From positions 77,425 to 101,424 of the forward strand of contig NZ_JBICSP010000016.1 in the NCBI RefSeq assembly GCF_043197135.1: a stretch of DNA of 24,000 nucleotides, in the 5' to 3' direction. Made by a program: the position numbers and the translations under genes. This stretch comes from Actinoplanes sp. NPDC049265. GTDB taxonomy: Bacteria > Actinomycetota > Actinomycetes > Mycobacteriales > Micromonosporaceae. Under the pieces are notes generated by a model. It did no database searches. It was given only the letters and a program-made list of their open reading frames with translations, and was not told the origin of the DNA. This document shows positions 1-7,467 of this stretch, piece by piece. How positions within the stretch are numbered: the stretch's first letter is position 1; every line of letters starts with the position of its first letter.

Positions 1-584
1 CGGTCTCGCCGTCGGCCATCACCGCCCTGGTGGCCAAGCGTGAACTGGCCAAGTTCCCGGGCAGCACGGTCATCCACAACCTGATCACCTCATCGGCCGT
101 GCCCGAGATCATCATCGAGAACGGCGGCAAGCCGCTGCGTGCGCGGGTCGGGCACTCGTTCATCAAGGCCGAGATGGCCCGCACCAACGCGGTCTTCGGC
201 GGCGAGCACTCCGCGCACTACTACTTCCGCGACTTCTGGTACGCCGACACCGGCATGCTGGCCGCCATGCACGTGCTGGCCGCGCTGGGCGGGCAGGACC
301 GGCCGCTGAGCGAGTTCGCCGCCGAGTTCGAGCGCTACGCCGCCTCCGGCGAGATCAACTCGACGGTCGACAATGCCAAGGCCAAGACGGCCGAGGTACG
401 CGCGGCGTTCCCGGACGCCACGGTCGACGAGTTGGACGGCCTGACCGTGACCCTGCACGACGGCGCCTGGTTCAACCTGCGGGCCTCGAACACCGAGCCA
501 TTGCTGCGGCTCAATGTCGAGGCGGCCAAGCCGGACCGCATGGCCGCCCTCCGCGACGAGGTGCTGGCCATCGTCCGAGGTTAG
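1..584 (+). CDS. manB: Phosphomannomutase/phosphoglucomutase (alpha-D-phosphohexomutase family), C-terminal part; 5' end is upstream of the window
   Basis: Frame 3 is open from the window edge to TAG 582-584. The translation (...GGEHSAHYYFRDFWYADTGMLAAMHVLAALG...NLRASNTEPLLRLNVEA...) is typical of the C-terminal domains of PMM/PGM enzymes. It lies on the same strand as manA in one cluster. Confidence 0.85.
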   Translation, partial: VSPSAITALVAKRELAKFPGSTVIHNLITSSAVPEIIIENGGKPLRARVGHSFIKAEMARTNAVFGGEHSAHYYFRDFWYADTGMLAAMHVLAALGGQDRPLSEFAAEFERYAASGEINSTVDNAKAKTAEVRAAFPDATVDELDGLTVTLHDGAWFNLRASNTEPLLRLNVEAAKPDRMAALRDEVLAIVRG

Positions 585-632
585 GATCTGCTGGTTGCCC
601 TGATCCGCCACGCCGTAAGGGAGCCTTTTTCC

Positions 633-815
633 GTGGCCCTCGATCCACAGTTGCTGGACATATTGGCGTGCCCGGACACGCACCACGCGCCGCTCACGCA
701 CGACGCCGACGCGCAGACCCTGACCTGCACCGAGTGTGGGCGGGTGTTCGAGATCCGGGACGACATCCCGATCCTGCTGCTCGACGAGGCCCGCCGGCCG
801 GGGGAGACCGCCTGA
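633..815 (+). CDS. Trm112-family small zinc-ribbon-like protein (UPF0434)
   Basis: 60-aa ORF starting at GTG 633, preceded by AAGGGAG. The pattern LLDILACPDT...LTCTECGRVFEIRDDIPILL is the characteristic Trm112p-like signature. Its stop overlaps the next start (ATGA at 813-817). Confidence 0.8.
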   Translation: MALDPQLLDILACPDTHHAPLTHDADAQTLTCTECGRVFEIRDDIPILLLDEARRPGETA

Positions 816-2044
816 TGAGCAGTCCACTGGAGGGCTCGGCCGGTGTCGCCGGCCACCGGAACGTCGATGAGTCGCTGCTCGACAACGAGCAGGCGATGCT
901 CGACAGCGACCCGGGCGGCATGCTCCGGGCCACCGCGTCGGCCGGCGCTCAAGTTCGCGAGGCCGCCGCGCTGGCCGCCGAGGCCGACCTGTCCGCCCTG
1001 GCCGACGAGGGCCGCCCACGCGCGGTCGTGGTCGCCGGCATCGGCACCGCCGGCCTGACCGGCAACATCCTCTCCACCGTCGCCGGCCCGCGCTGCCCGG
1101 TCCCGATCGTCGGGCACCGCAGCGCGGCCCTGCCGGGCTGGGTCGGCGCCGCCGACGTGGTGATCGCCGTCTCCGGCAGTGGCCGCAGCCCGGAGGCGCT
1201 GGCCGCGGCCGACGCCGCCGCCCGGCGGGGGGCCCGGCTGGTCGCCATCGGCAGCCCCGACTCCGAGTTGCAGGCGATGGCCGAACGCGCCCGCGCGCCG
1301 TTCATCCCGGTGCCGCGCCGTGCCCCGGCCCGGGCCAGCCTGTGGGGGCTGACCGTGCCGGTGTTGTTCGCCGCGCGCAGCCTCGGCCTGGTCAAGGTCA
1401 ACGAGGCCGACGTGGCCGAGACCGCGACCCGGCTCGACGCGGACGCCGAGCGGTCCCGCCCGGGCGCCGAGTCGTTCGTCAACCCGGCCAAGGCCCTCGC
1501 GCTGGGCCTGGCCGGTTCGGTGCCGGTCATCTGGGGCTCGTCCCCGCTGGCCACGGTGGCCGCCCGGCGCTTCGCCGACACGCTCGCCGCCAACGCCCGT
1601 TACCCGGTGATGGCCGGGTCGCTGGGCGAGGCCGGCCGCGGCCGGGTCGGCCTGCTCGACGGCGTGTTCGGCGGGCTGGCCGAGTCGTCACGGGACATCT
1701 TCGCCGACCCGGAGGACGCCGACGACGAGGCGGCGGTGACCCGGCTGCGGCTGGTGATCTTCCGGGACGGCGGGCTCAACCCCGAGGAGGACGCGGACGA
1801 GCCGATCGCCGTCGAGGAACGCCGGGCCGACGCCGTGCAGACCCTGGCCGAGCGCCGCGGCGTGCGCTGTGACGTGCTCGTGGCCGAGGGCGGCTCCACC
1901 CTGGAACGGCTCGCGTCGCTGGTCGCGGTGCCCGACTTCGCCTCGCTCTACCTGGCGCTGGCGCACGGGCTCGACCCGATGGCGGTGCCGGCCATCGACG
2001 AGATGAAGGAACTGAGCAACCCGAAGCCGGAGGGGCGGGCGTGA
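815..2044 (+). CDS. SIS-domain sugar-phosphate isomerase-like protein (Rv3256c-type, phosphoglucose/phosphomannose isomerase family)
   Basis: Internal ATG 815 of the 668-2044 ORF overlaps the Trm112 stop. SIS-like segments are present (VVVAGIGTAG..., VIAVSGSGRSPEALAAA). Its position between manB and manA is conserved in actinobacteria. Confidence 0.75.
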   Translation: MSSPLEGSAGVAGHRNVDESLLDNEQAMLDSDPGGMLRATASAGAQVREAAALAAEADLSALADEGRPRAVVVAGIGTAGLTGNILSTVAGPRCPVPIVGHRSAALPGWVGAADVVIAVSGSGRSPEALAAADAAARRGARLVAIGSPDSELQAMAERARAPFIPVPRRAPARASLWGLTVPVLFAARSLGLVKVNEADVAETATRLDADAERSRPGAESFVNPAKALALGLAGSVPVIWGSSPLATVAARRFADTLAANARYPVMAGSLGEAGRGRVGLLDGVFGGLAESSRDIFADPEDADDEAAVTRLRLVIFRDGGLNPEEDADEPIAVEERRADAVQTLAERRGVRCDVLVAEGGSTLERLASLVAVPDFASLYLALAHGLDPMAVPAIDEMKELSNPKPEGRA

Positions 2045-3015
2045 GCGCGGGCGGCGGCACCAGGGCGATCGTCGCGGCCCTGGCCGCCAACCTGGGCATC
2101 GCGGCCACCAAGTTCGTCGCCTGGCTGCTGACCGGCTCGTCGTCGATGCTGGCCGAGTCGATCCACTCGGTCGCCGACTCCGGCAACCAGGCGCTCCTGC
2201 TCATCGGCGGCAAGCGGGCACAGCGCAAGGCCACCCCCGAACACCCCTTCGGGTACGGGCGAGACCGCTACATCTACGCGTTCATCGTGTCGATCGTGCT
2301 GTTCAGCGTCGGCGGCCTGTTCGCGTTGTACGAGGCCTACCACAAGATCCAGCACCCGGAGGCGATCGAGAGCTGGCAGTGGGTCCCGGTGGTGGTGCTG
2401 GTGATCGCCATCGGTCTGGAGGGCTATTCCTTCCGTACGGCGATCCACGAGTCGAACCACACCCGCGGCAAGACCTCCTGGGTGCAGTTCATCCGCCGGG
2501 CCAAGGCCCCCGAGCTGCCGGTCGTGCTGCTCGAGGACGCGGGTGCGCTCATCGGCCTGGTGTTCGCGCTGTTCGGCGTGGTGCTGACCCTGATCACCGA
2601 CAACGGTGTCTGGGACGGTGTCGGCACCGCGGCCATCGGCCTGCTGCTGGTCACCATCGCGGTCATCCTGGCCGCCGAGACCAAGAGCCTGCTGCTCGGC
2701 GAGGGCGCCACCCCCGAGGACGTCCGCAAGATCGAGCAGGCCTTCCTGGCCGGCGAAGGCGTCGAGCGGATCATCCACATGAAGACGCTCTACCTCGGCC
2801 CGGAAGAGCTGCTGGTGGCGGCCAAGATCGCGGTGCCGCGGTCGGAGCGGGCGGACGAGATCGCCGCGCACATCAACGAGGCCGAGGCCCGCATCCGGGC
2901 CGCCCTCCCGATCGCCCGGGTGATCTACATCGAGCCCGACATCTACCACCCCGGTTCGGCGCCGCCGGCCGGGGCGCAGACCGCCGACGCCGCTGCACCC
3001 ACGGCGCACGCCTGA
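2041..3015 (+). CDS. Cation diffusion facilitator (CDF) family divalent-metal efflux transporter
   Basis: The GTG start overlaps the upstream stop (GTGA 2041-2044). The N-terminus (AANLGIAATKFVAWLLTGSSSMLAESIHSVADSGNQ) and FGYGRDRY motif, about six hydrophobic segments and a C-terminal cytoplasmic domain are all typical of CDF proteins. Confidence 0.85.
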   Translation: MSAGGGTRAIVAALAANLGIAATKFVAWLLTGSSSMLAESIHSVADSGNQALLLIGGKRAQRKATPEHPFGYGRDRYIYAFIVSIVLFSVGGLFALYEAYHKIQHPEAIESWQWVPVVVLVIAIGLEGYSFRTAIHESNHTRGKTSWVQFIRRAKAPELPVVLLEDAGALIGLVFALFGVVLTLITDNGVWDGVGTAAIGLLLVTIAVILAAETKSLLLGEGATPEDVRKIEQAFLAGEGVERIIHMKTLYLGPEELLVAAKIAVPRSERADEIAAHINEAEARIRAALPIARVIYIEPDIYHPGSAPPAGAQTADAAAPTAHA

Positions 3016-4163
3016 TGAGCGGCGTGCACCGGCTGACCGGGGTGGTCCGGCCGTACGCGTGGGGTTCGCGGACCTTCCTGGCCGAGCTCCAGGGCCGGCC
3101 CGCACCGGCCGACGCGCCCGAGGCCGAGCTGTGGCTGGGCGCCCACCCCGGCGACCCGTCCACGGTGGCCGGGCACGACGGGCCGGCCGGCCTGGCCGAC
3201 GTCATCGCGGCGGACCCGGCCGGGCAGCTGGGGGCGGCGTCGGTCGACGAGTTCGGGCCGCACCTGCCTTACCTGATGAAGGTCCTGGCCGCCTCGGCCC
3301 CGCTCTCCCTGCAGGCGCACCCCGACCTCGACTACGCGCGCAAGGCGTTCGCCGCGCAGGAGGCCGACCCGTCGCTGCCGCGCAACTACACCGACGCCAA
3401 CCACAAGCCCGAGATGCTGGTGGCGCTCACCCCGTTCCAGGCCCTGTGCGGCTTCCGTGATCCCGCCGTCTCGGCCTCGGTGCTCGAGTCGTTCGAGGTC
3501 CCGTCGCTGGCGCCGGTGGTAGCGGCCCTGCGTTCCGGCGTCGCCGGCCTGGCCGAGGCGGTGCGCCTGCTGCTCACCTGGCCTGCCGAGGACCGTGCAG
3601 CCCTGGTCGCGGCGGCCGGCGCGCCGCTGGCCCGGCGCCTGGCCGAGCACTACCCGGGCGACCCCGGCGTGCTGGTCGCGCTGCTGCTCAACCACGTGAC
3701 GCTGCAGCCGGGCGAGGCGATCTGGATGCCGGCCGGCAACCTGCACGCCTACCTCGAGGGCGCCGGTGTGGAGATCATGGCGGCCAGCGACAACGTGCTG
3801 CGCGGCGGCCTGACGCCCAAGCGGGTCGACGTCGACGAGTTGCTGCGGGTGCTGCGTTTCGAGGTGCTGGACGACCCGATCCTCCCGGCCACCGAGCTGG
3901 CGCCGGGCGTCTCGACGTGGCGGGTGCCGATCCGCGACTTCGCGCTCTACCGCCTGGAGTTGTCCGGTTCCCGCCCGCCGACACCGGTGCCGGCCGAGGG
4001 CCCGCGCATCATCCTCGGCGTCGAGGGCGACGCGTTCGTGGCCGAGGGGCACGGCACACCGGTCGAGGTCACCGCGGGCACGGCCGCGTTCGCCGCCGCC
4101 GACGCCGGCCCGATATCAGTCGCCGGCACGGGCACGGTCTTCGTGGCCGCACCCGGGCTCTAG
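3015..4163 (+). CDS. manA: Mannose-6-phosphate isomerase, class I
   Basis: ATG 3015 overlaps the CDF stop (TGATG). The translation carries RPYAWGS, ELWLGAHP, LSLQAHPD, NHKPEMLVALTPF, IWMPAGNLHAY and DNVLRGGLTPK, which are class I PMI signature segments. Confidence 0.9.
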   Translation: MSGVHRLTGVVRPYAWGSRTFLAELQGRPAPADAPEAELWLGAHPGDPSTVAGHDGPAGLADVIAADPAGQLGAASVDEFGPHLPYLMKVLAASAPLSLQAHPDLDYARKAFAAQEADPSLPRNYTDANHKPEMLVALTPFQALCGFRDPAVSASVLESFEVPSLAPVVAALRSGVAGLAEAVRLLLTWPAEDRAALVAAAGAPLARRLAEHYPGDPGVLVALLLNHVTLQPGEAIWMPAGNLHAYLEGAGVEIMAASDNVLRGGLTPKRVDVDELLRVLRFEVLDDPILPATELAPGVSTWRVPIRDFALYRLELSGSRPPTPVPAEGPRIILGVEGDAFVAEGHGTPVEVTAGTAAFAAADAGPISVAGTGTVFVAAPGL

Positions 4164-4165
4164 AG

Positions 4166-4295
4166 TCGCCGCTCCGCGATCTGGGGTGGCCGCTCCGCGA
4201 TCTGGGGTGGCCGCTCCGCGATCTGGGGTGGCCGCTCCGCGATCTGGGGTCGCCGCTCCCGCCGCATCGGGGTCGCCGCTCCCGCGACGACCTGG
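4166..4295. repeat. 21-bp tandem repeat: 4 near-perfect copies (4166-4249, unit TGGCCGCTCCGCGATCTGGGG) plus 2 degenerate copies (4250-4295)
   Basis: Counted directly in the sequence. The array fills the whole space between the convergent stop codons of manA (4161-4163) and the lipoprotein gene (4297-4299). The period is a multiple of 3, which explains the LRDLGWP / PQIAERP repeats in spurious ORFs. Confidence 0.95.
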
Positions 4296-4296
4296 A

Positions 4297-4860
4297 TCAT
4301 TCGGCGAACGCCTTTTTCTTGCACGCCAGGAACTTGGGCGACCCCGCGTCGCCGTTCGGGCCTACCTCGGTGAGCCCGAACTCTCCGGTGTCCGGGTCGG
4401 GCGAGGTCAGCTTGTAGCCCGCCCCTTTGGCACACTCGTACCATTCGCGCTGGTTGTCCGTGAAGCTCGCCGGGTCGGTGCGCTTCTGGTGGTCGTCGTA
4501 CGCCTCCGGCTGCTTGTCCAGGCAGGCTTCGAGAACCTTCTTCCCCTCGGGGTAATCGGCCGGCCGGACGCCCTTCTGCAGGAGCGGGCCGGCGTCGTTC
4601 TTCCACTTCGGACCACCCTCGGCGACCAGGCAGGCGACCCACGGTTCGCTGATCGCCTCGCGCTCCTTGTCGGTCGCGCCGATCGGGTACACCGGCCGCT
4701 CACCGGCGGCCGTGGCCGGTGCGCTCGACGGCGCCGGGGTTCGCAGTGAGGCGACCCGGGGCGGTTCGGCGTCCGGCCCGGAGCAGCCGGCGAGCAGGAT
4801 GACGAGCCCCAGGGCGTAGCGGCTCAGCCGCATCTGGTGTGACATGGCGTGGACCATCAC
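4297..4860 (-). CDS. Secreted lipoprotein of unknown function (4 conserved-looking Cys in the mature part)
   Basis: The N-terminus ...MRLSRYALGLVILLAGCSG has a signal peptide plus lipobox (LLAGC). The start is ambiguous (GTG 4860, ATG 4845 or ATG 4833). Codon usage looks coding and I recognise no family. Confidence 0.65.
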   Translation of the reverse strand: MMVHAMSHQMRLSRYALGLVILLAGCSGPDAEPPRVASLRTPAPSSAPATAAGERPVYPIGATDKEREAISEPWVACLVAEGGPKWKNDAGPLLQKGVRPADYPEGKKVLEACLDKQPEAYDDHQKRTDPASFTDNQREWYECAKGAGYKLTSPDPDTGEFGLTEVGPNGDAGSPKFLACKKKAFAE

Positions 4861-5160
4861 AGACGGATGTCAGATTCCTGTTGGGCCTGGTTCACATGAC
4901 GCATGTCCGTCGTCCGTGCGTAGACAGCTGTTCTACGCGCGCACCGACGCGTACCCCTGGGGGTTGGCGATCTTGATTCTGGCGTCGTGGTGCTGCTGGT
5001 GATGCTGCGTATTCACAGCACTCGCGACGAAGGCAAAAAAACATAAATTTCCGGATTTGCTTGACATGTGCCTTTGCGCAGTGTGAAGCTACAAACACGC
5101 AGCGTCATTGGTGATCGGGGGGTCCCACGGACGCGCGCGGTACCAAACCGGGGGGATGAA

Positions 5161-5191
5161 CGGGGCGGCAGGTCTTTGACCTGTCGCCCCG
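5161..5191. other. Strong GC hairpin (14-bp stem with one G-T pair, 3-nt loop)
   Basis: CGGGGCGGCAGGTC-TTT-GACCTGTCGCCCCG, read directly from the sequence. It lies in the lower-GC intergenic region. Confidence 0.6.
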
Positions 5192-5230
5192 TTCGCTGTC
5201 CGGAGTACTTCAACCCGACGACCGCAGAAA

Positions 5231-5264
5231 TATGGCCCCCTCCACGCCGCTGGAGGGGGCCATA
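5231..5264 (-). terminator. Intrinsic-terminator-like hairpin; the U-tract is present only in the minus-strand reading
   Basis: A 14-bp perfect stem (TATGGCCCCCTCCA / TGGAGGGGGCCATA) with a 6-nt loop. On the minus strand it is followed directly by TTTCTGCGG; on the plus strand it is followed by CCAAACTCC, which has no T-tract. Confidence 0.5.
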
Positions 5265-5392
5265 CCAAACTCCGGCGGTTGCCGCCACCGGTGGTGCTTT
5301 CACTTTCATTAAGCACCCCGTCACCTCCCGTCTGCAAGTGCATATGGTGCTATGCAAGTTGCAGAACGTATCCATCCCGGTACGGTGTTCGC

Positions 5393-6262
5393 GTGGCGAG
5401 GCCGACATCAACGGCACGACGGGAGCTAGGCGACGAACTGCGTCGTCTGCGGGGAGAGCGGCGGGGCGCGTCCGTGGCCCAGTTGCTGGGCTGGTCGGAG
5501 TCCAAGCTGAGCCGGATCGAGACCGCGCGTACCGGCATCAGCGAGCCCGACCTGGACCGTCTGCTCAGTACCTACGACGCGCATCCGGAGATCCGCGACC
5601 GGCTCCATCACCTGGCCCGGCGCGGCCGCGACCGGGTGTGGTGGACGCCGTACCGCTCGTCGGTCCCGGCGCCCTACGACGAGTTCGTCGCCCTCGAGGC
5701 CGAGGCCATCGCGCTGGAGGAGTGGGAGACCCAGATCGTCCCGGGCCTGCTGCAGACCGATGAGTACGCCCGGGCCGTGATCGAGGTCGGCGCCGGCATC
5801 AGCGATCCTGAAACGATCCAGCGTCGCCTCGCCCTGCGCATGGCCCGGCAGACCGTGCTGGTCCGTGACCCGCCGCCGCGGCTGACCGTGGTCCTCGACG
5901 AGTCGGTGCTGCATCGCGAGGTCGGCGGCCCGGGTGTGCTGCGCCGCCAGCTGCAGCGGCTGCGCGAGGCCAGCCTGCGTCCCGCCGTTGAACTGCTGGT
6001 CCTGCCGTTCTCGTCCGGCGCGCACGCGGCCCAGCCCGAGTCCTTCATGATCCTCGAGTTCGCCGGCAACGCCCGCGGCCCGATCGTGCACAGCGAGGGC
6101 CTCACCGGCGGCGTGTTCCACCTCAAGGACGACGAGGTCCGGATCTTCCGGGAGGCGTTCGACGACGTACGCGCCCGGGCCCTGGACGCCGAGCGCAGCC
6201 GCGAGCTCATCACCCGTTCGGGGGAACGACTTCGCCGACCCCTGCCTCGTTCTTCAGGATGA
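5393..6262 (+). CDS. XRE-family helix-turn-helix regulator with C-terminal DUF5753 (WhiJ-like / Scr1-type antitoxin-like regulator)
   Basis: GTG 5393 lies within the 5279-6262 ORF. The N-terminal HTH is ELGDELRRLRGERRGASVAQLLGWSESKLSRIETARTGIS. The C-terminal part has the IVPGLLQTDEYARAVI segment typical of DUF5753 proteins, and a DUF397 gene follows immediately. Confidence 0.8.
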   Translation: MARPTSTARRELGDELRRLRGERRGASVAQLLGWSESKLSRIETARTGISEPDLDRLLSTYDAHPEIRDRLHHLARRGRDRVWWTPYRSSVPAPYDEFVALEAEAIALEEWETQIVPGLLQTDEYARAVIEVGAGISDPETIQRRLALRMARQTVLVRDPPPRLTVVLDESVLHREVGGPGVLRRQLQRLREASLRPAVELLVLPFSSGAHAAQPESFMILEFAGNARGPIVHSEGLTGGVFHLKDDEVRIFREAFDDVRARALDAERSRELITRSGERLRRPLPRSSG

Positions 6263-6289
6263 ACTGTCGAATCTCTGGGGAGGGATGTC

Positions 6290-6484
6290 TTGTCCGACAA
6301 TCTGATGTGGCACAAAAGCAGCCGCTCCGGCGCCGCCGGTCACTGCGTGGAGGTCGCGGAGACGCGGACCGCCGTGTACGTGCGTGACTCGAAGGACACC
6401 GCCGGCCCGATGCTGCGGTTCGCGGCGCCCGCCTGGGTCGCCTTCATCAACGGTGTGCGGGACGGTGAGTTCGACCGCACCTGA
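6290..6484 (+). CDS. DUF397 domain-containing small protein
   Basis: The pattern WHKSSRSGAAGHCVEVA...VYVRDSKD...L.F...W.AF is the canonical DUF397 signature. GGGGAGGG lies upstream of TTG 6290; an alternative start is ATG 6305. Confidence 0.85.
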   Translation: MSDNLMWHKSSRSGAAGHCVEVAETRTAVYVRDSKDTAGPMLRFAAPAWVAFINGVRDGEFDRT

Positions 6485-6563
6485 TCATGGGCGGTCCCGG
6501 CTGTCCGGGGCCGCCTGTTCATTTACATCACACCTGGCTTGACGGGTGGGGCCTGACGATGCC

Positions 6564-6602
6564 TAAGGTATGGCGAACCTAAGTTAGGAATGCCTTAGCA
6601 AA
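6564..6602. promoter_or_regulatory. Two adjacent IdeR/DtxR(DmdR)-type iron boxes upstream of efeU
   Basis: Box 1 at 6564-6582, TAAGGTATGGCGAACCTAA, matches the TTAGGTTAGGCTAACCTAA consensus at 15/19 positions by hand count. Box 2 at 6584-6602, TTAGGAATGCCTTAGCAAA, matches at 12/19. The boxes end 25 nt before the efeU ATG (6627). Confidence 0.65.
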
Positions 6603-6626
6603 GAATCGTCAAGCAAAGGAACCGTC

Positions 6627-7460
6627 ATGCTCGCCACCTACCTCATCGGTCTTCGTGAGGGGTTGGAAGCCACACTGGTGGTCAGCATCCTGATCGCGTT
6701 CCTGGTCAAGTCGGAGCGCAAGGACCGTCTGATCCAGGTCTGGGCCGGTGTCGGCCTCGCCGTCGCCCTCTCCGTCATCTTCGGCTGGTTGCTCAGCTAC
6801 ACCTCGACCACGCTGCTGCAGAAGTACGAGCACCGCGAGCTCTTCGAGGCGATCACGTCCATCGCGGCCGTCGGCTTCGTCACCTGGATGATCTTCTGGA
6901 TGCGCCGGGCCGCCCGGTCCATCGCCGGTGAGCTGCGCAGCAAGCTGCAGGACGCGCTCAAGGTCGGCTCGATCGCGGTGGCCGTGATGGCCTTTCTGGC
7001 CGTGGTCCGCGAAGGCCTCGAGACCTCGCTGATCTTCTACTCCGCGGTGCAGGGCGCCGCCGGCAACAGCGGACCGTTGGTGGCCCTGCTGGGCGGGATC
7101 CTCTCGGCCGTCGTCATCGGATTCCTGATGTACGCCACGGCGGTCCGGATCAACCTGACGGTCTTCTTCACCGTGACCGGCGCCCTGCTCATCCTGGTCG
7201 CCGCCGGCATTCTCAAATACGGCGTGCACGACCTGCAGGAGTCCAACGTGCTGCCCGGGCTCAACCACCTGGCCTACGACATCAGCGGCACGCTCGACCC
7301 CAGCGCCTGGTACACCGCGCTGCTCACCGGCATGTTCAACATCACCCCGACCGCCACCGTGCTCGAGGTGATCGCCTGGATCGCGTACGGCGTCCCGGTC
7401 CTCCTGATCTTTCTTGCCCCGAACATCAAGCGAACCCCGGCGCCCGCGCCGCAGAATTAG
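6627..7460 (+). CDS. efeU: FTR1/EfeU-family high-affinity iron permease
   Basis: Two REGLE motifs (LREGLEA, VREGLET) sit in a polytopic membrane protein. It is the first gene of an efeU-efeO-efeB arrangement. Confidence 0.9.
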   Translation: MLATYLIGLREGLEATLVVSILIAFLVKSERKDRLIQVWAGVGLAVALSVIFGWLLSYTSTTLLQKYEHRELFEAITSIAAVGFVTWMIFWMRRAARSIAGELRSKLQDALKVGSIAVAVMAFLAVVREGLETSLIFYSAVQGAAGNSGPLVALLGGILSAVVIGFLMYATAVRINLTVFFTVTGALLILVAAGILKYGVHDLQESNVLPGLNHLAYDISGTLDPSAWYTALLTGMFNITPTATVLEVIAWIAYGVPVLLIFLAPNIKRTPAPAPQN

Positions 7461-7467
7461 GAGAGTC

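Noticed and set aside
1948-4052. Long minus-strand ORFs (1948-3105, 2943-4052) opposite the CDF gene and manA
   Set aside because: They have no domain-like sequence and are antisense to clear genes, so they are high-GC artefacts.
4166-4295. Possible CRISPR array (regular direct repeats); I also considered this for 22308-22500
   Set aside because: The repeats are head-to-tail with no unique spacers, the units are too short (21 bp and 7/43 bp), and there are no cas genes in the window.
5061-5096. TTGACA at 5061-5066 as a -35 box of a plus-strand promoter
   Set aside because: No acceptable TANNNT -10 hexamer lies at 16-19 nt spacing (TGAAGC / GAAGCT instead). A similar TTGACC-N17-GAAGCT occurs upstream of the Rv3235-family gene on the minus strand, but two instances are not enough to call a motif.
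5100-5300. tRNA or other known small RNA gene in the structured spacer
   Set aside because: I found no cloverleaf arrangement and no T-loop (GTTCRANYC) or anticodon-arm geometry. The hairpins are simple GC stems.
5232-5312. 26-codon ORF (MAPSTPLEGAIPNSGGCRHRWCFHFH) spanning the terminator hairpin
   Set aside because: There is no Shine-Dalgarno sequence, it overlaps a strong stem-loop, and nothing supports it beyond being open. It could only be revived by conservation or ribosome-profiling data.
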